Assembly (NCBI GenBank): GCA_977862235.1
Contig: OZ374563.1
Coordinates: 806,001-870,000 of the forward strand
Source: Dudresnaya verticillata
Taxonomy: Eukaryota
Length of the DNA: 64,000 bases
Reading direction: 5' to 3'
In this document: one piece after another, positions 32,207 to 43,839 of the stretch
Position numbering within the stretch: position 1 is the stretch's first letter
Layout: each line of letters begins with the position of its first letter
The notes under the pieces: generated by a model
The model's input: only the letters and a program-made list of their open reading frames with translations
Database searches by the model: none
What the model was told of the DNA's origin: nothing
Program-made: the position numbers and the translations under genes

Positions 32207-32699
32207 TCCCCGTGCAGCTTTTTTCTCCGTATATGACCACTACGTCTCTATACATGGTCTCTGGCTCGTGATGGATGTGCAGAACGAATCACCAGAAGAA
32301 AGGTTCGGCCGGGGGAAAGGATGATTCTAAAGATGGCCGCTTTGTTATGGACATGTGCGGATGAGGCTGGCCGCCCACGGCCACTAGGTGAGTCATTGAA
32401 CTACACTTCATATGTGACTTAGGGGCGTTTCGTAGGTTGGCTAGAGAAGAACTATTACTTAGCTAGAAAACTGCGAAAGCTTCTCACTGTAGACAGTATA
32501 CGTACGTTCGGCATGTGCCGTGGTACAGGTGAATTAATGCTAAGTAAAGAGGTCGCGAAAGGGCGGCGCCTGCTTGCCCCAGGGCTCTTGAAACTTTCTA
32601 GTTTCAGAAGCACCGGAGAAAATAGTCTAGTGGTACTATCACACGGCTTGTAAACCGTACGTATTTCCAAAGCACACCTGGCCATAGAGTCCTGGGAAT

Positions 32700-35696
32700 A
32701 CGGAAAGTAGGGAATGCACACACATGCTCCATGCTCCGTTAGGACCTGCCGTGTCTTTCCTCCTTCAGATTCCTCATCTCAGTAATCATGGAGTAGGAAT
32801 GTGTGCGCATTAGAAAGAGTCGAAGTAAAATGATAAAGGTGGGAAAGGTCCATGGGTATGATGCATGCAACCAGGAAAAGGAGGGTCTGACCTGTCCGTT
32901 TGGCCGTGTTTGCAACAGCGTATCCATGCAGTTGCGACTTCTACTCGTACAAGGATAGTATTGCTTCTATAATATAGCGGCGCTAGTTCTTCGAAACGAC
33001 ATATGCGAAAAGAAGTGATGGAAGAGGAGCAGTTCAGTAAACGTAGCTGGGTTTACTCACATTGAAAGCACACGCACAACTACGAAACCGGAAAGCTAAG
33101 AACCTAGCGTAGCAAGGACGGTATTTGTAGGGGAGGGCAAATGGAAAAGCTCGGATTGTGGAAGTGCGATATGTGTAACAGCGTGGGGATGAGGATTATA
33201 ATAGGCGAGTCTGGCTCGGTCCAATCCTAGAGTACTGCAATGTCTTGGCGAAAGGACGGGAACTTCGACATTTGGAGATGCACAAACTGCAAACTTGCGG
33301 GGGGCGGCGCGGTATGCTACATGCAGTTGTTCTGACTCTACAATTAGAGCTGCGCACAAGCCGTGAACTGATTTGACAAATTATAAAATTATATCGCAAA
33401 TCACCTTTTCTGTGGCTGTTTCTAATTTTGAGACACGCGGAGCAGGAGATCTCTGATTTGGCCCCAGCCAAATGTAGTTTGGGACCCTGATTTGTCCCCC
33501 CAGTGTCGTCCTGCAAAGTACTGCCCTGTCTTCAAAGCCAATTCCAGGTCAGTTGCAGCCGAGTCCGTTTGCCGGGGGAACCTCTCTGACATTTTCGAGA
33601 GCAAGACATTTCTGTCTTGGGACTTCCACATTTCTGCATATAACACAGCGGAACTAGAACGCACGGGGTCATGGTAGTACGTGTAAAATCTGGTGACGCA
33701 TCTAGCACTGGAAATAAAGACGGAACCGAATGCTGTTCGCATAGTCTTTCCGGCCAAGGCATTTTTCAGAGCCTCAATCTCGCAGAAAGTGAGGAGGGCC
33801 GCTTGAATGAGTCTGGACGTTTGTAGAATACTTGTTTCCTCTTCTCCTGCTCGCAAGGTGCCAGGATTTCCAATTGCATCTCGCAGTGAGGAATGTTCAC
33901 CGCGGAGACATATATGTCCTAGAGCTTCCAAAGATATAACGTCTGTTCTTCGCACGAAATGACAGAGGGGTCCTTGAATAAACATGGAGTACATTTTCAA
34001 GAGATCGTGACAGACATCCTTGTTCCACTCTGAAGAATTATCTACCCATTCACCCCATGCTACACCTGTTTTTCTAACAGAGCGTTGTAGACGTTCCAGG
34101 TAGGCAAGCTCTCGCTGCAGGCATAGAGTTAGACATGGTATGTTTCCAGATAGATTAGCTCCATTTCTTCTCATATAATCCACGGAGGTTTGTGATACGA
34201 ATCCGTGAAGAGGTTTTAAAATCCTGTACATGATGACATCCTTGTCAAATATGGACAACGTTAATTTGCGTATAGAACGGATATAGCTACTCTCCCCGAT
34301 GTCGTTACTATAGTCGTTAGGGGTTGCACCGCATATCGATTCCATGAGGAAAGTGCCCAAAACATCCATCTCAGACAATAACCGAACGCACATCGTGACA
34401 TCCTTAACGGTTTTGGATGTACAGTCCACAGTGGACCCCTTGATTCCTGAGAGAAGTGTCTTAAATGTACCCTCACGTCTGAATATTCCGGTTAGTGGGC
34501 GATGAGTTGTTCCGTTCCTAGATGACTTCGATAGCGGTATTGGCTCGCAGGCTTGATGAATATTCTTCAGCGGTACTTGCTTGTTTTTTACATATCCCAA
34601 CTGAATACCGTCGATGCAAAGCGCGGGGATATCGTCTGTGTCTAATGTGCATGTCTCGCACTCAAAGAGACATGGATCAGGACGCAAAGTCATCAACCTG
34701 ATCATCAAAGAGCATAGGTCTTGTAGTTTTCGCGTTGAGCGGCAATGTACGGTGGAAGGCTGGAAACCGCAGCTGATGGCACCCGTGGCCTGAGAGTGAT
34801 AGTGCTTGAGGCGGCTACTGATCGTTCCATTTCCAACCACAACCCCAGTGAGTTCTCGGCGTAACAGAGCGTGTGTGGCAGCAGAGGTAACGGACTCTAG
34901 GAGAATACAGTTCCCGACCGTCAGCCACTATCACTGCATAGCAGTTCTCACGAGAGCATTGAAACTCTTCGACATGTAGTGCACAAGGACCGATTGTGCT
35001 CATGAGCACTCCGTCAGTCCATAATTTTCGAGACTTCTCTTTCCTTGATGATTGGCAGCGTCGACAGTTTCTGGGGGCAAGAGATAGGAATGGTTTCCCT
35101 TGTCTTGCAAGCAACCCAATCGAAAGGTCTACTGCTATGGATCTCTTGCAATTAACGGGGGAAACTGGAAGCTTGGAGATTGACGGTGGGAGGTCCGTGG
35201 TGTGGATAGTTGGTGATGGAGTAATGGGATTCTCTTCGTCATCTTCCGGGCACATTTATTCTCCCCTGAGTGTCTGAACAACACGTGTGTGCATGCAGCC
35301 GCCACTAAACGTAGTGTCACAGAATGCACAGACATGTAACGTCTTCTCGACAACTCGCACCGGGATAAAGTGAAGAAATTCATCGGAGGGGAATTGAAAT
35401 TTCATTGAGACGAGACGCGCCCTCTGGTCAAACATATCTTGTATATCTGGACACCCAGACATATATGTCTCGATGTCGTTCTGAAAAGTTCGTGAATACA
35501 GCTGAGCGAGAATTTGAGCAGACTTGTCAAGGGAAATACCACAGCATTTTGCGAGTTTTGCTAAGGCCAGGCGGAAACCCTGCACGTGAATGCAAGCGTT
35601 GTCTTAACTTTGGGGTTTTGCGCCATTGATGCGAAACTCAGTGATACCGACACAGCTACAGTAAAAGACATGGTCTACCCCAAGCCACGTGCTGAC
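32700..35696 (-). pseudogene. Decayed SWIM + CxC-cluster transposase, KDZ (Kyakuja-Dileera-Zisupton)-like
   Basis: Two SWIM-like motifs (FYCSC...CIH at ~35660-35586; CAFC...CMH), CRRC...FQCSRENC...ADGRE, FECETC...LCIDGIQLG and KTGQYFAG. Several stops and frameshifts. The 3' limit is uncertain. Confidence 0.6.
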
Positions 35697-36446
35697 CACT
35701 ACGAAGGCGATTTTAAAATGATTCGATAATTTCTATGGTAATATCCATTATTTTTTTGCGTCAGATTTTGCGCCGGCCCCGACGGATGCACATCATTAAA
35801 ATCCCAGATTTGCAGCATGAATATCCTTGCGCCACAGCCTCGCGCCGTTGGTTTATGTTTCATTTCCCCGGCGCGTTTTGATATTTTGTTTCTGGCGGTT
35901 TGGAGCATTATCGTTCATGTTTTGATGTGTTTTCGCAATACTTCAAATTGCCCAGGCCTGGGTCATGAAAATTACGAGTTGTTTTGCGAATCCTAATGAA
36001 TCTGGTTCAAGGGACTAATGCTTTATTTCCTTTGTTCTGCCGCTTACAACATACGTGTTGCGATGCGGCGGTATCTCGCCAAATCACGGTCTAGAAACAT
36101 CTCATTAATGCTGCGCTATACTCTGCAGTAATGGAACGACACGTTCCAGGAATGATGATGCGGCCGCATCTTCCCGTTCGACATTTCCTTACAAAGCATG
36201 CTTTTGGAGGTTCCATTTCTGTTGTGCGTTTCGTAGGCGAAGCATGCTTCTGGCGCGACCGCGCTCAGTGCACATTGCGCACATTCGCAGCACATTCGAA
36301 TGCTGTATGTGTGGCGCCATACCATACCCGCTGCCGTTTATTTTCCTTTACTTTCGGTTCTTTACTTGACTAATTCTTATGTGCCAGGCCTGATGCGAAT
36401 GCGGACGTCCGGACGGTTAAGCGTTTGCGGGTGCTCCGTCCGACCA

Positions 36447-38117
36447 CTAGCCAATCCACTCCTTAAGCCTATCCTCGTCGATAAGAGCATCGAGCTCGTC
36501 ACAAAGCGCGTCCCCCTCACACTGAAAGCAGGGGACTGCTATCTCAATGACTCCAATCGTTTGCGAGGCCCGTGAAAGGTCGGCCGACCATGCACGTGCC
36601 CTAACGGCTTGTGTGCGCCTCCACGATATGTGGAACCCCCGCGGGATACGACGTGTCTCCGGACAGCGCCCGCTATCTTTATCTTCCCGATTGGGATCTT
36701 CGACATCTGATGGGACGCGTTTCGAGACTCGCAAGGAATGGACGAATCTTCTATCCTCTGAAGACCACTCCCTGGAATCTCTCATTAGCACAGTGCAGGC
36801 ATCACCTTCTTCACTCTCTTTGTCCCTAGGGCGTCTCATGCCGCGGCCGCAGCTCCTCCCAGCGAACAGTGCGCAGGGGTATGCTTCGTTATCTACGGTA
36901 TACTCGTATGTTCCAAGAACCCTGAGGACTCTTCCATGGGACGTGGCCACTTCCCTTCTCAACATTTGAAGGCGATCGGCATCCGAAGATATACCCAACA
37001 CATCACACAGCATACCAAAACTGCTGAAGGACACAGAAATATCATCCGTGGACAGTGAAGGGCATTGAGACAACTGAAAGGAGGGGAAAAGGCAATACAG
37101 ACAGATCCATTATCACGTGCGTACTTGGCACGCCAGGTCCTGGCCAGAACCGCGAACAGCCCCACATCACAGTCGGCTGAAGCCTTGATGTAGTACTGCG
37201 CGGTATCGTTTTGAAGTTCGACATCATCCATTGTCTCACACCCCTCCCTAATTACCCTTCCCGGCGTCAGCAAACCAAGTGTAGTTCGTTCTGAGACTGG
37301 CGTTCCCTGCGAATCTGGGCCCGGCCGGCCCGTCTGATTGTTACGAGGCGTTTGAGGTGCACATGATTCTTGCGAGGGACCCGGCGCGGCCGCGCCAGGA
37401 CCTCTTGAAGAACTCCTCCTTCTCAATGCCGAAGATCTTGTTCTAGATGTTTTTCGCATCGGCCTTTTTCTCTTCCTGCGACTCGGCGTTTTCTGCAGCG
37501 CAAGGGCAAGACGAAACCGAAGATAGCACAGGACTCGCTGACAACTCTCATCCAGGCCTGGATTAGTACTGAGTTCGATCCGTGCCGAGTTGCTTTGTAC
37601 GCGATTCTTGAGCGCTTCAACCTCTGTTATCAAACTGGAATACCTGTCGCGAAGATTTTCCAGCTCTCCAATTGTCTTAGTATGTTGAACAGATTCGCGA
37701 CCAGTCACAGGTATTGCCTGTTCCGTGTACACGTCTGTCTGATATTCTCTGTCACATATACGACCTCTTCGCGTAAACCCATCAGACGGGCCCGTCTTCA
37801 TCCTCCACGACAGCAACAGGTTGTAGTTTGTTTCCCGATCTTCCTCCCAGACCCGAAGAAGCCTACCAGCCAGGAACTCGACTTTTTCCACGGATGCCAT
37901 ATAGCCGTATTGGGCGTTTGCGGCATACTCTATGGTCGCGGCCGCGATCACATCTCCTTCATCAATTTCATCAACGGCGAGTACCTCAGCATCCCACCAC
38001 AGCTCATCCCCATTGTCCATCTCCCAGGCGACTTGCACCCATTCGTTCGCCAGCGGTAGTGCATTCCGCTCTCTGCAGGCGCGCCTCATAATACCAATCG
38101 CAATTGTAATAAAACTT
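36447..38117 (-). pseudogene. CACTA cargo gene A: N-terminal Tudor/SH3-like barrel, coiled coil and unknown C-terminal domain (one frameshift)
   Basis: WVQVAWEMDNGDELWWDAEVLAVD...ATIEY. ORFs 36959..38179 and 36447..37073 overlap at ~37060. Confidence 0.55.
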
Positions 38118-38953
38118 TGTGGCATAGCTGTAAGACCAGCTGTGCCACGCACGCGCAGCTGTAAGACCAGCTGCGCCACGTGTGCACTGCTGTGCGCACG
38201 CTGTCAGCCGGTGGGGCCGAAGCCCCGCTGAACTGTAAGGGAGTGCGCAGTGGCGCCCACGTGTGCACGCGTTCGCGTGTGACACTGAAACTCCCATGTA
38301 ATTTCTACGTTTATTGTTTTGTAGTGTACAGCACCGTCTAGTGTAAGCGGCGGTCGAACGCCCTGCTGTCCTGCGCGCTGTGCGCACGCACTCCGTCGCA
38401 GAGCCGTTGAGTGCGTGACACGCGCGCGCGCACTCCGGCGTCGAGCCGTTGAGTACGTGTGGACCGTTCCGCCTGCGCGCGCCCCCGGGTTACCGTTACC
38501 CGTACGCGTCGACGCGTGTTGGGGCGCGCCAGCGCACCTCCCGGGTTGGTGCCGCCGCAGGCCCTGTAGTATATCTAGTATTCGCCCCTATGGGCTTCAG
38601 TAAACCAGGCAAGCCAGCCTACGCCAGGCTTGCCCTTTCTGCTTTGGGTTTCTTTCCCAGTCCTTCGCCCTACGGCTTCCCTCTTCCCCTAGCCGTCTAG
38701 GCTTTCCTTTTCCTTTCCCTACCGTCGGCTTCGTGCCGCCCCACGACGGGGACGCAGGGATCCGGCCGCTGCCGCCCGCGTACGGTACGCCCCGTGCGCG
38801 CTCAGGATTCGACGCCGTTGATCCGCGACCGTCGACGGCGCGCGCGGCCGACACCACCGCTCTACCACCACAGCCACCACCCTTCGACGGGTCTGGGTGC
38901 GACTCATCGACCAGCGCAGCTAGACGTCAGTTCGACCTGACGTCTATGCCACA
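38118..38953 (+). mobile_element. Solo LTR (Gypsy clade)
   Basis: Perfect 10-bp TIR TGTGGCATAG...CTATGCCACA. Flanks AACTT/CACTT (5-bp TSD, 1 mismatch). Internal TAGTATAT...CAGTAAA as in the other LTRs. Confidence 0.88.
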
Positions 38954-39284
38954 CACTTGATTCATTCGGGAGAGAGAAAAGTTGGCTTCAGAGCTCTGAA
39001 GGGAATTCCGAGAAAGCAATCATTGCCATCATGCTCGGCCGAGCTCCGAATAGGCGTATACGCCCGAACTTGCACGCTGTTTCAGGCACGATCAAAGACA
39101 TGCTTCACATTACTCAAATTTCATGGATTGCAGCAATATTTTCCCTCGCTGCATAAAGTGCACCTGGACTGTCTTGCTGAGTGTGCTCAACGTCCATGGA
39201 CGTACATCAGGTCCTCTAGGTTAACCTACTGGGAAAGGCCGTTCCTTTCTTCTACTGAAAACATCTCGAGTTATTGAAGACAAT

Positions 39285-42200
39285 ATGCGCGTCACCGGGA
39301 GGAAGACTTCCGAGAGACGGCGTGGATTACAAGCCAGTTCCTCCAAAACTCCCAGACAACGGAAGGTGTCTTCGAAGGGAAACGGCTTGGTTGGACCTCC
39401 TCGCGAACGTTCTGACACTGTGGGAAAGAGAGAGAAGTCCGGCCGGGCCTCGAAAGCACAAGAAGTGGAAACGCCATCAACGGAACAGAACACACCGGGA
39501 TCTGACATCATCACTCCACGAAGTGATAGACATGGAAGAGAGCATGGTGCTGATCAAAGCCCTAAGGGAAGTAAGCGGCCGCTTATTCATGCTCTTCCAG
39601 AGACGCAGCCACGACTGGGTGATGATATGTATGACCCCACACCATCTCCGGAGTCACCTGCAATGAGGCGGACAGCCACTCAAGCTGCAGGAGTTCTCGA
39701 GAACGAAGATAACCGAGGTAGTGATGCAGAGTACCGTTCACCCGGGGCCCGGATATTTCCCGCGGTAAAAGGAGAAAAATAGCTCTAAAGGTCCCACGGT
39801 CTGTGCCCCGAACACGCATAAGTGACGGTGTGGGTGATGATGAAGAGATTGGCCGAAGAGAAGATGTGGATCCGAGGTACCCGACCCCGGTGTCGAAAGG
39901 ATTACCTCTTGATAGTGTGGAAGACACTCCTTTGTACATCAGAGGTCGAGCCATGTTTGGTACTGCACCGAATATGATTAAGCCTGGCCAGGCGCGGTTG
40001 TCCACTCAGTCTCTTGTTATGAGAGACACAGCCGTGAATAACCTCATTGAGCAGATTGAGTATCAAGCGTCATGTAGATGCGATTCAGGATGTCGTCTTA
40101 AAAACGTTTGCCGAGCTGGACAATAACATGGCCGAGGTTCGAAGAGATGTGCAAGACATCCGGTCTGCGGCACAACTGAGGGGGTCCGGGCCCGGATCTT
40201 GGCCGGCAGGTGGCTCTAAGAAGACAGCTCGGGACATTTTTCACGCCAAACTCGATAACGTCACACCTCATGCGAACTTGGTATTCAACCAAACAGTGAT
40301 GTGCAGTGTGCTCAGTAGTTGCGTTTCCTACTGTGTCTCCAGTGCTGTTTCAAACAATGATGATACCTTAAAGGCGTCGGCCGACGCTGTTTGTTCCATC
40401 CTATTTGCGAAACAAGTTGATCAAGCCAAGAAGACGTTCACGGAAGGCACCGGGAGCCTTGTGGCGCAAATCGCCTTGGCGCCCTGCTGAAGAATTCTTC
40501 ATAATGCGGCCACCCGCGGCTCACGCGACTGCGGACGACGGACGCACAGCGGCGGGTTCCTGCGGATCAACCGCTCTGCGGGTGATTGAGCTCAGAGCCA
40601 ATTTCTATAATGAGCTCTGGCACCACACGCACGCGCCAGCAATGATACTGGGGAAATGCCTCTGTAAGGCGACCGGCCTGACAGTGCCCGGCGCCCTCTG
40701 CCAGCAAGGATGGCCCCTTAAGACGACAACGCGTACACGTACACACGTGCGCGCCCTTGGCGCACACCGTTCAGCCACACTACCACTAGGCTGACATTTG
40801 ATAGTTTAGTAGATAATTATAGAATTGCGCGCGCCACGTAATGCCAAGTGGCGCGCCCCCTTCCCTTACCTTAATCCGCCACCAAGGCGCACCCGCCTCC
40901 TACATAGTATATTAGGGCCCTGAGGTGCGCCCTCATACAGTAAACAGCCAAGCTTGGGCCCAGCGAGACGTACCCTCCTACCCTATCGACTCCCTCTTTA
41001 GGCTGGACTCCAGTACATCCGCTACCCTTCTTCATCGTACAGAATCCTTTTTTTCCTTTATTTTCTCTTGCTTTTTCCTTCTTTCAAAGGAACCTCCCTT
41101 TTTCTGTCTTTTGGTGTTTTACAGTCACACCAAGGGGCATTCCCCAGCTCTACCAACCAGCCCTCGCTACCCACGGGCCCCCGAACAGCCCGAGGTGTAT
41201 CCTCTGTCGCTTCTTCCTCAGTGGATTGCACCACAAAGCTTTAGTGCGTTTCAGTACTTGGTAGTAACGAATGCAGTATACAACGTTCAGCAGAACCGCT
41301 TCGGTCAGTTCAAGCCTCTACCTGAGATCGATGTGTCTGGAGGGCCTGGTGCCGGCCGGTCGGCCGGTCAAAGTCAGCTCTCCATAGCCAAATCAGGGGA
41401 GGCACCCGCTCCGCAGACGTCAGGTATACAGGGCATACCCCCTGGAAACGGAGTAGGTGATAACGCTATAGACCACCCCGACTGGCTCAAACCGAAGATC
41501 ATTGCTGAGGAGCATATTAAGAATGCCCGAATGTTATGCGAGATATCAAGTACGAAGACGAGCGATGTGGACGGCCGTCCAACGGTACACTTAGGCGCAG
41601 AACGCGAGGTGCAGGAACGCGCTAAGACAATTGTCGTGAAGGATATGCCGACAAGTCATGTTGCATACTTCGGTGCCTCGAAGATATACAAGATTGTTAC
41701 AGACTGGCTCCCCGAAAGCAGGCAGAAGGCGAAGAACGCTTTGGCAGAAGACCTGACGTACCTTATGGTCAACTGGGCCCAGTTGAACTGTTCAGGTGTG
41801 GAACAGACCACTGTGCGGGTGCGGTGGTCGACAACAGAAGCAAGTGCTGGCACATCTCTGTCCGAAGACGACTTGAACCTTGAAGAAATCCTGGAAACAA
41901 CGCGAAACCCAAAGCGCACTATTGATATTGATGTCGCCAACACAAAGTTGTACAATGGGATACTGAAAGATAGGGTTGATATGATGGTAAGCGTATGCCA
42001 TGACGTCTTCGAGCTTCCATGCGCTGCCGGCGGCCGCCGGAGCTCCGATAGGAAACCACGGAAGAGGCAGGGTGGCGAGAAGAAGCCGCTTAAGAGAGTT
42101 GTCAACTTAGTTGAGGTGGCAATGAAGTTCTGTGCGGCGGTTACACAAAGCACATCAAAAGAATACTCTCCTGAGCTTTTTCCTTGGGGCACATGCAAAA

Positions 42201-42551
42201 GCGCTGCATACAGTGATGTCCATCGCTCATGTTCTGCGCCTTTTGGTGAAGAAGTTTGTCGCAGTGCATTTCGACGGGAGGGGGCGTTTCCGCGGCCGCG
42301 TAATAACGACAAAAGGAATTAAGGTCGGAGCATTGGCACTGGACACATTAGTGGCAGGAAACTCTAATATGAAAAGAGTTTTGACAAGTCGAGCGTTGCG
42401 AATGACCGAGAAGGAATACGATATTCTCAACATTGCAGATCCTGTAGACGGCGGAGATGCCGCAACCTGCTGTGACACAGGTGATGTATCTGGGAGAGGC
42501 CTCTCCGGAGAAATTGTTGCAAGCGACACGAATGGCATCATGGAGGTATAG
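39285..42551 (+). pseudogene. CACTA cargo gene B (unknown function), frameshifted and interrupted by a solo LTR
   Basis: ORFs 39285..39782, 39803..40126, 40047..40490, the post-41236 part of 40925..42322, and 42132..42551. Removing the LTR rejoins ...TEGTGSL/SFSAFQYLVV in frame. Confidence 0.65.
40460..41235 (+). mobile_element. Solo LTR (Gypsy clade)
   Basis: TGTGGCGCAA...TTGCACCACA termini. Imperfect TSD AGCCT/(A)AGCTT. Internal TAGTATATTAG...CAGTAAA. Confidence 0.8.
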
Positions 42552-42719
42552 ATGAACAAGTGTTCAACGTTAAAGAAGTGAACTCATACAGCGTAGGCCT
42601 ATGTATTCTTGGCCTACTGTTGTACAACGTGCACAACAGTTAGTTTATCTGTTAATGAAACATGAGGACATGTGTTAAACAGCTCCTCACAGCCAGGTAG
42701 TAGTCACTACTGAGCTATC

Positions 42720-43830
42720 AAGAGTGGGCCCACTCCTTTCACAATGCATGCCGCCGTGCACAAAATGAAAGCTGGAAGGAGCTGCTTCAGCCTAGGCTAT
42801 AGCCTGCAACACCTGGTTGTAACCAAGCAATGTGTTAGACAGCAACTAGCTGCTGTTAGTTAGCAATTGCTCCAGTTGATAACGCTACAAGTACTTCAGG
42901 TATAATTTCGAAGCCTAGGCTGGATCGGACCTGAAGGACCATGCCCACTCCTTCAACACCGCATGCCGTCGTGCACAAAGTGAAAGCAGCAAGCAGCTGC
43001 TTTAGAATAGGCTATAGCCTGGTTTCAATCCTCAGCCGCAGCTATGAGAGCACAGCGCGGAGCACAATTGTACTGTTATGTTGCGAAGGCCTAGCTCCTC
43101 GCAGCTTTCAAGCTTAAGATTTTGTACCACAATTGTACCAGGTAGAAAGAGTGGGCCCACTCCTTCGTTACGCCGTCTTGCGCAAAATGAAAGCAGCTGC
43201 TAGGAAGCAACTGCTTTACCCTAGGCCACAGCCTGGTTTCAATCTTCAGCGGCAGCTATGTAGCTGCATAGCTCTCATATGCGAGCACAACCCGGAGCAC
43301 AATTGAACTCTTATGTTGCGAAGGCCTAGCTCCTCGCAGCTGCAAGCTTAAGCTTTTGTACCACAATTGTACCAGGGAAAAAAGTGGGCCCACTCCTTCT
43401 TTACGCCGTCGTGCGCAAAAAGAAAGCAGCTGCTAGCAAGCAACTTCCTTAGCCTAGGCTACAACCTGGTTTCAATCTTCAGCCGCAGCTATGTAGCTGC
43501 ATAGCTCTCATATGCGAGCACAGCGCGGAGCACAATTGTGCTGTTATGTTGCGAAGGCCTAGCTACTCGCAGCTTTCAAGCTTAAGCTTTTGTACCACAG
43601 TTGTACGAGGTAGAAAGAGTGGGCCCACTCCTTCATTATGCCGTCGTGCACATTATGTCGTCGTGCACAAAATGAAAGCAGCTGCTAGCAAGAAACTGCT
43701 TTAGCCTAGGCCATAGCCTGGTTGTAACCAAGCAATGTGAGCAACAAGCAGCAAGCAACTGCTTGACAATAGGCAACAGCCTGGTTGCAACCAAGAAACG
43801 GGTTAAAAAGGAGCTAGCAGCTAGCTAGCA
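42720..43830. repeat. Tandem array of ~210-235-bp units, ~5 copies, rich in palindromes
   Basis: GAGTGGGCCCACTCC at ~42722, 42942 (partial), 43149, 43383 and 43617. Units also contain AAGCTTAAGCTT and CCTAGG. Confidence 0.95.
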
Positions 43831-43839
43831 GGTCATTAT

